Shown here: positions 58,001 to 64,000 of the stretch, piece after piece
Layout of the letters: every line of letters starts with the position of its first letter
Position numbering within the stretch: the stretch's first letter is position 1
DNA from: a virus
Lineage: Duplodnaviria > Caudoviricetes
Direction: 5' to 3' (one strand)
IMG/VR virus record: IMGVR_UViG_3300049988_000124
Span: 192,001 to 256,000 of that record
Length of the DNA: 64,000 bases
The notes under the pieces: generated by a model
What the model was told of the DNA's origin: nothing
What the model saw: the letters and a program-made list of their open reading frames with translations, nothing else
The model's database searches: none
Translations under genes and position numbers: made by a program

Positions 58001-58233
58001 AGGTCGGGGACGAAGAAGCGATTGAGCGTGAAAGCAGTGTCGGTGATGGAGGTAAACATCTTCTTGGCGATCACGTCTGTCTCAAAGAGAATCTTGAAGT
58101 GATTGCGTAAGATGAGACCGTCGACACCGGTAATCTTGACCAGGTTACCTGTCTCTTTAACACTGATCATTCCGAAGGCTCGGGCGAAATATTCCATGAA
58201 TTTCATGACGGTTCCTGTCATGGCTAATAACAT
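55072..58233 (-). CDS. SNF2-like (SF2) helicase interrupted by an intein
   Basis: Walker A 'PGGGK|T' split by an insertion; 'VDESH', 'TSGSP', 'QVIARADRLGQ'. Confidence 0.88.
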   Translation of the reverse strand: MLLAMTGTVMKFMEYFARAFGMISVKETGNLVKITGVDGLILRNHFKILFETDVIAKKMFTSITDTAFTLNRFFVPDLIFMLAKLRHDERTTWSGKRTIDKIVKGLLEDTWFKVSTGEVKSIIDMKRLNQMKWQAMPKQIEFLHLFGDRMPRYDLRGYIIGFAPGGGKALGLEDLIRTPSGWMRNGDMTVGQPIVTPDGGTSFVTGVYPQGELDMYEVTFEDGRSVECCDDHLWKVRHKDWARSNKDGRVDGWKVVPFIDIRLHMDNHQLEPSRLYVPLPEPEIKEDVQLSIDPYLLGIILGDGHIREGTVSISSADGFIVDQVSHLLPDDSELVYRPDKSRSSYDYQVVKKTREKRWSRSMLVDQLHALKLNSTRSHTKFVPDVYLNASFSQKLALIQGLMDSDGTVSENGSTSFCTTSEQLAKHIQELIRSIGGLARIKTKQTHYTYKGERKEGKPAYQVNIRYREPTDLFRLPRKKELTPENYQYKDSLRLRIEKIRYVGKKQAQCISVDHPDRLYITNDYIVTHNTFLDLCVAECVVPPSVADVKIIISPKKALHLVWEKTINSVFKKTPTYWCCDSGLPMPEKKTEYYIFNFEQINKAIELGKKIHAQGRKYFVIVDESHNFADWRSNRTQQLVKLQTLRDDVLFLWTSGSPILKSAAEMVSFLKCSDHRFDADAERRFKQIFTMSPGKAGEIFQHRLGQQMAFMVGKSAFSATKPVVKELPVRLPPALAHKFLMSTVREEMKEFIQKQLTMYKDNIKHYRKLVDFYMNYHENKLESRQDRQAFYTYQKNLKMIMRAPDLMMTDQMAACRTYERTKLYPSIPPINRSEFRNALSAVKNLKLKVRGEALGTILAKRRSECAAALGVFCKPDVIMKESLSKTLFFASSVLPVKVLSKHLTDQGFEPLMVYADTNADLTKNINRFTDDPNVNPICATMQSLSEAVPVIAASTVVLLNRPYRQATYDQVIARADRLGQIHPVTIIEVTLDTGGVPNVSSRTDEILAEVRELINSIVGADFAGPDPDEREYKQVIDASKESANLELEDERIGL
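56647..57729 (-). mobile_element. Intein (361 aa, Ala-start, class-3-type) with LAGLIDADG homing endonuclease
   Basis: Starts 'ALGLEDLIRTPSGW', block B 'CCDDHLW', block F 'AQCISVD', ends 'ITNDYIVTHN|T'; LAGLIDADG-like 'LLGIILGDG' and 'IQGLMDSDG'. Confidence 0.92.
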
Positions 58234-58253
58234 AGGATTTTTGATGAAAGAAA

Positions 58254-58281
58254 GTAGGAGGGGGCTGATGCCCCCTCCTAC
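58254..58281. terminator. Hairpin after the kinase gene
   Basis: gtaggagggggc-tgat-gccccctcctac. Confidence 0.8.
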
Positions 58282-58288
58282 CCCTTAG

Positions 58289-59806
58289 TCAGTACGAACT
58301 AGTACAGTGAAAGATCTTCTGCAAGATCTGGCGAATCTCACCGATCTTGAACGGCTTCTTCAGAACCGTATATCCTTCAAGCTCTGCACTGTCAGAGAAA
58401 CCAGTCACGAAGACCACTTCCAAATCAGGGTGAAGGAGCTTGGCTGAGCGGATGACCTGTGCTCCGTTCATAACGGGCATGGCGTAGTCAATGACGACCA
58501 GGTCAGGACGGTTGTCCTTCAGGTAGACCAATGCATCCATACCGTCGACCGCTGTCTTGACGTGGTGACCAAGAAGCGTCAAGATCTCCGAGAGCGTCTC
58601 CCGGACACCTGGATCATCGTCGACCAGGAGGATGTTCTTGGCCTCACACATCTGGATGAGATTACCGGCTACTACCTCTTCCTGGAAGATCGCTGCGTTC
58701 TTAACGACGGGCAGACTGATCGTGATCGTGGTACCCTTCTCCGACGTCTTCTTGATGTAGACATCGCCGCCTGACTGATTAGCCAGACCGTAAACCATGC
58801 TGAGACCAAGACCTGTTCCCTTACCAATATCCTTGGTAGTGAAGAACGGCTCAAAGACGCGCGCCGCAACATCGGCAGGAATACCAATACCGGTATCAGT
58901 GACGTTGATCTCAACCTCGTCATTCTCGATGATCGTGGAGATCGTGAGACTACCGCCCTCGGGCATTGCGTCGCGAGCGTTGACCGCCAGGTTCAAGATA
59001 GCCAGTTCAAGCTGAACCGGATCAGTGCGCACCACTACGTCGGTGATGTTGGAGGTGGAGATCTGAATGTCTGGACCGATGGTCCGGGTGATCAACTGCC
59101 TGACGTTCATGATGACCGGAGCCAGTTCCACTTCCTTGATCTGGAGCTTCTGGTTACGCGAGAACGTCAGGAGCTGTGCAGTCAGATGTGATGCTCTCGA
59201 TATTGCCTCAATACCAACACCCACCCAGCGCGGTACACGGTCACTGTGGGGATTACTACTGATGAGCTCGAGGCTACCACTGATGGCTTGGACGAGATTG
59301 TTAAAGTCGTGCGCAATGCCGCCTGTTAACTGGCCCACTGCTTCCATCTTCTGTGACTGGAGCAGGTGAGTCTGTGCGCGCTCTTTCTCGTCCTTCTCGA
59401 TCTTAAGCTCTTGGATCTTCTGCTCGAGCTGGCGATTAAGGGCATCAATCTTAGCAAAAGAAGGAAGCTTGATCGCTGTTGGAATAAGGAACCACAGACT
59501 ACCCAAGGCTAGAATGGAGAGAAGTGAGGAAATGAGTTGCATGGTGGGTGAGGGTGAGTGGTTCTCCACGGTCATCCCAAAAACGGCCCAGGCTCTACCG
59601 AGCGCACAAACAGCATTTGAGATCAGGAAGAACCAGATAAACTTGTTGTCGCGAAGGTCAGGGCGTTCCTTTAGAACCTTGGTCGACAACGTGGCATTAG
59701 TTGTGTGAAAAGCACCAGCGAAGAGATGGGTAAGAATGGAGGCAAGAACAGGCCAGGGATTCGGCCCGAAATACTGAACGGCTAATAGCCAAAAATCTGC
59801 GGACAC
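58289..59806 (-). CDS. Membrane-bound hybrid sensor histidine kinase (TM sensor - HisKA - HATPase_c - REC)
   Basis: H-box '[10 protein letters not shown]', N-box '[10 protein letters not shown]', 'DTGIGI', 'FEPFFTTK', 'GTGLGLS'; receiver 'LLVDDD...VVIDYAMP...VTG...KKPF'. Confidence 0.95.
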   Translation of the reverse strand: MSADFWLLAVQYFGPNPWPVLASILTHLFAGAFHTTNATLSTKVLKERPDLRDNKFIWFFLISNAVCALGRAWAVFGMTVENHSPSPTMQLISSLLSILALGSLWFLIPTAIKLPSFAKIDALNRQLEQKIQELKIEKDEKERAQTHLLQSQKMEAVGQLTGGIAHDFNNLVQAISGSLELISSNPHSDRVPRWVGVGIEAISRASHLTAQLLTFSRNQKLQIKEVELAPVIMNVRQLITRTIGPDIQISTSNITDVVVRTDPVQLELAILNLAVNARDAMPEGGSLTISTIIENDEVEINVTDTGIGIPADVAARVFEPFFTTKDIGKGTGLGLSMVYGLANQSGGDVYIKKTSEKGTTITISLPVVKNAAIFQEEVVAGNLIQMCEAKNILLVDDDPGVRETLSEILTLLGHHVKTAVDGMDALVYLKDNRPDLVVIDYAMPVMNGAQVIRSAKLLHPDLEVVFVTGFSDSAELEGYTVLKKPFKIGEIRQILQKIFHCTSSY

Positions 59807-59821
59807 GGGGATGATATTCCT

Positions 59822-60157
59822 TTAACCAGTATAAAGCGAGGGGCTGTATATATCGAAGGAATCGCCGCGTTGCTTAAAGGCACGACCATTCCAAGTCACT
59901 TGTTTTTGCAAGAACTTTTGCTTGTCAAAGACCACGGTGTCCCCGACCTTCATGATCTGCATGTCGTGGACTTGGGAGAGGTCTGGGTCACTAGCAAGGT
60001 GAACCGGCATTCCAGTTTTGTCGGCAACGTTGATGTAGAATGAATTCTGTTGTCCGGCAGGCAGATCAGTAATGATCTGAATGATCGCGCCGGAGCCCGG
60101 AGGCTCACGGTGAGTGTGAGTAAGTCGTTGGACTTGCGTGATCTTTGCCGTGCGCAT
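59822..60157 (-). CDS. Hypothetical protein co-transcribed with the kinase
   Basis: 111 aa, GAGGA RBS; its stop lies just upstream of the kinase start. Confidence 0.65.
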   Translation of the reverse strand: MRTAKITQVQRLTHTHREPPGSGAIIQIITDLPAGQQNSFYINVADKTGMPVHLASDPDLSQVHDMQIMKVGDTVVFDKQKFLQKQVTWNGRAFKQRGDSFDIYSPSLYTG

Positions 60158-60401
60158 AACGTCCTCGATAAAAGCGATAGGGGTTCATATCAGAGTCGGA
60201 CTAAATAGTCCCTAGAGGGCTAAATGAAATTCTTCTTTGTTGCTGTCTCTTGGTATGAGCCTTCTAAACTCCAGTAGAAAGAATCGATTACATGCTCTTC
60301 AGGAACATACACCACGAGAGAGTGTGGATCATATCGCTATTAACATTGTTCTGGGTTGGAGTGTTCGCTAAATACTACGGTTACTAAGGGGAGGGGTCCA
60401 G

Positions 60402-61289
60402 GTGACTCAGGAGATTCTACGCTCAAAGCAAGACAAGTCCATTAACTTTGTAACACACGCCGATGATGGTGGTAAGATCGAAGCTCGCTTTGTTCAACGC
60501 GAAGAAGACACGATCATTGTCTACCTCTCCTCGATGACGGGGTGCAACCTTAGTTGTCGTTTCTGCCATCTGACCCAGATGCACGAGACCACGATGACGG
60601 CCGTTGACATCGATGGGTATCTTACCCAAGCCCGCGATGTTCTGACGCTCGCTGCCAAAGAAGGCAAGCTTGCCAATGTTCAGACGGTGCATTTCAACTT
60701 CATGGCGAGGGGAGATGCTCTATCGAACATCTACTTTGTCAACAAGACCGAGTTGTTGTTCTACCGGCTAGATAGTCTCTCGGCTGAACATGGTCTTATC
60801 TCCAAGTTCAAGATCTCCACGATCTTTCCCAACACACTCCTGGATAGCTTCACCCTTCCTATGTTGAAAGAATGGGTGGAGCAGGTCTACGATCTTCCCT
60901 ACGACGTTGAGTTCTATTACTCCCTTTATTCACTGGACGAGGCGTTCAGGAAGAGGTGGATTCCCAAAGGAATGGATCCCGAACGTGTCGGTTATCTCTT
61001 TGAGGGAACAGAGGGAAAGCTTCGTCTCCATCACGCCCTGATCGACAAAGAGAATTGCTCACTGGCTAACACCAATCCGATCAAGAGTTGGTTGGTCAGG
61101 TATGACATCAAATGTCGTTTAAACATCGTACGCTATAATCCTTTCAACAACGGATCAGGTGTAGAAGCCTCCGACGGGGACATTCGCACTTATTGTGGTA
61201 TCATGTCATTGTGCCCCAATATCCTGGGTACTTACGTAGTCAGTCGCGTCGGTCTCGACGTCAAAGCTAGTTGCGGAACATTCGTGTGA
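60402..61289 (+). CDS. RlmN/Cfr-like radical SAM protein
   Basis: 'SSMTGCNLSCRFC' (CX3CX2C), 'FMARGDAL' (cf. MGMGEP), 'SLYS', 'LNIVRYNP', C-terminal 'ASCG'. Confidence 0.85.
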   Translation: MTQEILRSKQDKSINFVTHADDGGKIEARFVQREEDTIIVYLSSMTGCNLSCRFCHLTQMHETTMTAVDIDGYLTQARDVLTLAAKEGKLANVQTVHFNFMARGDALSNIYFVNKTELLFYRLDSLSAEHGLISKFKISTIFPNTLLDSFTLPMLKEWVEQVYDLPYDVEFYYSLYSLDEAFRKRWIPKGMDPERVGYLFEGTEGKLRLHHALIDKENCSLANTNPIKSWLVRYDIKCRLNIVRYNPFNNGSGVEASDGDIRTYCGIMSLCPNILGTYVVSRVGLDVKASCGTFV

Positions 61290-61294
61290 ACACA

Positions 61295-61326
61295 CTAAGA
61301 GGGAGGGCATTAGCCCTCCCTCTTAG
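61295..61326. terminator. Hairpin
   Basis: ctaagagggagggc-atta-gccctccctcttag; core identical to 15652..15681. Confidence 0.8.
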
Positions 61327-61431
61327 GTCTGTGTGGCTATCTGAATTATGCTCTTTTTTCAACCCAAGTTGGTTTTAATTAATCGTGTTATGGTGTGTAG
61401 TTAAGGCACTAAAATAAGGGAGTTTTTAAGC

Positions 61432-61998
61432 ATGAGATTTGTACTGAGATCTGTAGTTACATTGGCATTGTTGGTGACGGGAAGTCCTGCTGTTAGTCAG
61501 GTGCGACCCACGATCCGGGTGCCAATGTGCCTTCAATATCCCGACAGTAAGACCTACGTTCCGTGTACCGGCATGGTACCGGTTGACAAGACGACGGGTG
61601 AACCACTTGATTGGACGGCGGTGTTCAAGGGTTCGCCTAGTGACCCCATCTATACCCAAGAAACGACGCGCCGCACTCACTGGGCTGAGACTTCCTCGCC
61701 CCTGAGTGCCGGTCAGCAGTTCACTGGCGTAACGCACGACGACGGCGGTGCTTACAATGGTGGCTCGACGAGGTCGACGTCTTTCTCCTGTTTTGCCGTT
61801 ACTGATCAGTCAGGTACGCTTAGCATCCAAGGATCAGATAACGCCAGTAATTGGGTAACGTTTCAGTCACGCCCCCTGGTACCAGACACGGGCACCTATT
61901 TGGTTCAACCCCTCTTTACGCGCTATTGGCGTTGCGTGGTCGTTAATGGTGGAGCTGCGCAAGGTAGTCTTGTTGTTAAATCTGCGTTCGGAATGTAA
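61432..61998 (+). CDS. Signal-peptide-bearing beta-rich protein
   Basis: 'MRFVLRSVVTLALLVTGSPAVS|Q'; AAGGGAG RBS. Confidence 0.75.
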   Translation: MRFVLRSVVTLALLVTGSPAVSQVRPTIRVPMCLQYPDSKTYVPCTGMVPVDKTTGEPLDWTAVFKGSPSDPIYTQETTRRTHWAETSSPLSAGQQFTGVTHDDGGAYNGGSTRSTSFSCFAVTDQSGTLSIQGSDNASNWVTFQSRPLVPDTGTYLVQPLFTRYWRCVVVNGGAAQGSLVVKSAFGM

Positions 61999-62001
61999 GT
62001 C

Positions 62002-64000
62002 ATGGTACGAAAACTAAAGCATGTAGCGATGCTCCTTGGAGCATGTATTTTTACACCCACTGAATCTCTGGCCCAGTGTTTCCAGAACGGTATTCCTTGC
62101 GGACAATCTACCACCGCCCCGTCAACAGGAACAACCACCCCAATCACGCCGGGTAGTAGTATCTTGATGGAGGGAACCAACGGTAGCAATACGGTTCCAG
62201 TGCTGACCGACTCTAATGGTCGCATCATCACCAACATCAACTCCCTTCCTGCTCTTCCCAACGGAATGAACACGATCGGTAAGATCAGTAACACGGTGTT
62301 TGATGTCACCCAGTCGGGTACTTGGAATGTGGGAGTAACTGGACCGGTGTCGGTGACTGGTCAGTTCTACCCATCTGTTCAATCTGTCTCCCAATCAGGT
62401 AGCTGGTCAACGACACTTACAGGAACGCTTCCCGCGTTTGCCGCAACACCTACTGTTAACCTCGGCACCATCGGCTCCATCGCTACCGATGACAGTGTAA
62501 AGGAAGTGACAACGGCCTTGGGCACGCCCTTTCAAGTTGGAGGGACGATTGGAAACACTTCCTTCGGCGCGGCGCAGACCGGCTCCTGGACCGTTGGTCT
62601 TAGTAGTGGCACGAATACCATTGGTTCAATCGCTAACACTGCGTTTGGGATTACTGGTACGCTTCCAGGATTTACAACCCCGCCGACCGTCAACATCGGG
62701 AGTACCGCAGGGCTCGCGTTAGATAGTTCGCTGGGCGGTCTATTCAAAGCGGGTCAGTTGATCGGTAACACCAGTTTTGACATCAGTGGTACGCTCCCTG
62801 CCTTTGCGGCTACACCAACCTTTAATGTTGGTACAACAAATGGTCTAGCACTCGATACTAGCGTGAATGGACTCTTTAAGGCGGGACAAAGTATCGGTAA
62901 TACCTCCTTTGGTATTAGCGGCACGCTTCCGGCTTTTGCTAGTACGCCTACGGTAAACATCGGAAGCTCTCCAGTAATCACCACCTACCCCACCGCAATG
63001 GTGGCAACCTCTGCTCCTTCTTTCATCAGTGGTACTTACCGCCAGCTGAGTATGACCTTGGCTGGAGCCTTGCGGGTTGACAATAGCGGAGTTACCCAAC
63101 CAGTAACTGGTTCGGTGACGGCTAACATCGGTACCGTCAACGGACTAGCCTTGGATACCACGGTCAATGGTTTGTTCAAAGCTGGACAGAGTATCGGTAA
63201 CAGCTTCTTTGGCGCACGACTCCAGGATGCAAGTGGTGCAGCTCTTGGAACAAGTGGGAATCCCGTCTACGTTTCTGGTGGCGGTGGCGGTGGCACACCA
63301 ACTGGCACTGCTGGTACGCCCAATAGCGCCGTTGTGTCTGTTCAGGGAATCAGTGGCGGTACACCACTGCCTGTGCAGAACACTGCTGCCCTTCCGGCGG
63401 GCACGAACACGATTGGTAACGTGAACATCAATGGTACGGTTCCAGTCTCTGGGACATTCTACCAGGCAACCCAGCCCGTTAGTGTTGCTAGTCTTCCCCT
63501 TCCCTCAGGTGCTGCCACCAGTGCCCTTCAGGGGACGATGAACACCAACCTGACAACCCTGGTCACCAACACCACTGGTGCCTCTACAGCAGCCCTCCAG
63601 ACGAGCGGTAATGCTAGTCTGACAACGGTGGCGGGAACTGTCTCTGCTGCTGGCACTCCTGCTAGTAATGCCGTTACGGTACAACAGCTGACCATGGCAG
63701 TCGCCCCGACTACGGTGGCTGGTGCATCAAGTGCGGTACTAAAGGGATCAGCCGGAACGCTCTACTCGATTAATCTCGAGAATGCCTCTACTGGTGGATA
63801 CGTAATTGCCTATGATGGAGCTGTTCCATCTAGTGGTGCGTCGATCACGGCTAGCCTCATTCGGTATCATTACGCCATCCCGGCTAATGCCCCGTTTGAT
63901 AAAGTCTTTCAAATGCCCGCTGCCTTTACGACACAGATCACCATTCTGTGTTCATCCAGCTTTACCACTTACACCCCGATCACATGTTCGCTCATCACTG
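62002..64000 (+). CDS. Large Thr/Gly/Ser-rich fibre/adhesin-like protein with signal peptide (3'-truncated; absent from ORF track)
   Basis: Reads as open in frame from ATG 62002 (MVRKLKHVAMLLGACIFTPTESLA|Q) to the window end; internal 44-aa repeats. Confidence 0.85.
   Translation, partial: MVRKLKHVAMLLGACIFTPTESLAQCFQNGIPCGQSTTAPSTGTTTPITPGSSILMEGTNGSNTVPVLTDSNGRIITNINSLPALPNGMNTIGKISNTVFDVTQSGTWNVGVTGPVSVTGQFYPSVQSVSQSGSWSTTLTGTLPAFAATPTVNLGTIGSIATDDSVKEVTTALGTPFQVGGTIGNTSFGAAQTGSWTVGLSSGTNTIGSIANTAFGITGTLPGFTTPPTVNIGSTAGLALDSSLGGLFKAGQLIGNTSFDISGTLPAFAATPTFNVGTTNGLALDTSVNGLFKAGQSIGNTSFGISGTLPAFASTPTVNIGSSPVITTYPTAMVATSAPSFISGTYRQLSMTLAGALRVDNSGVTQPVTGSVTANIGTVNGLALDTTVNGLFKAGQSIGNSFFGARLQDASGAALGTSGNPVYVSGGGGGGTPTGTAGTPNSAVVSVQGISGGTPLPVQNTAALPAGTNTIGNVNINGTVPVSGTFYQATQPVSVASLPLPSGAATSALQGTMNTNLTTLVTNTTGASTAALQTSGNASLTTVAGTVSAAGTPASNAVTVQQLTMAVAPTTVAGASSAVLKGSAGTLYSINLENASTGGYVIAYDGAVPSSGASITASLIRYHYAIPANAPFDKVFQMPAAFTTQITILCSSSFTTYTPITCSLIT
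62656..63200 (+). repeat. 132-bp / 44-aa tandem coding repeat
   Basis: GTLP units begin at 62656, 62788 and 62920 (132-bp spacing). Consensus GTLPAFAxTPTVNIGTxNGLALDxSVNGLFKAGQSIGNTSFGIS. Partial copies occur near 62425 and 63120. Confidence 0.9.

Noticed and set aside
60158-60401. tRNA or structured ncRNA in the divergent intergenic gap
   Set aside because: No cloverleaf, T-loop or D-loop consensus, or long stem visible; likely just divergent promoters.
15651-61326. Repeated hairpins as a CRISPR array
   Set aside because: They are dispersed single copies at gene ends, not regularly spaced repeats with spacers.
305-63424. Numerous antisense or alternate-frame ORFs in the track (e.g. 305..778, 6080..6619, 16169..17023, 26493..27005, 27293..27928, 35039..35644, 49356..50036, 51295..52155)
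   Set aside because: They overlap longer motif-bearing genes, lack RBS and recognisable motifs, and are expected shadows of biased codon usage.

Overview
A 64 kb slice of a phiKZ-like (Chimalliviridae-type) jumbo myovirus genome. An alphaproteobacterial host is likely, but this is inferred only from the style of the host-like genes. 1-33 kb is a late/virion block: a tail-chaperone/baseplate-hub-like gene pair with a candidate -1 frameshift, a GroEL-like chaperonin with an unusual N-terminal hydrophobic helix, head/inner-body proteins, baseplate proteins, two virion RNA polymerase subunits (beta-like and beta-prime-like with DxDGD) and a tape-measure-like protein with muralytic domains. 33-55 kb is a minus-strand early/accessory block with repeated TATATTAC promoter-like motifs. 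It encodes a phosphatase, tandem AAA ATPases, a minimal K+ channel, a DUF350 / DUF1190-like lipoprotein / glutathionylspermidine-synthase-like module, an acyltransferase, MazG-like, WYL-like, PadR-like and cyclic-phosphate-receiver proteins, a DEAH helicase and a CYTH protein. 55-64 kb holds a SNF2-like helicase with a class-3-type LAGLIDADG intein, a complete hybrid sensor histidine kinase with an ethylene-receptor-like membrane domain, an RlmN-like radical SAM protein and two signal-peptide-bearing, fibre-like proteins (the last runs off the window). No tRNA, rRNA or CRISPR array was seen. All family assignments come from motifs read by eye; no database searches were run.
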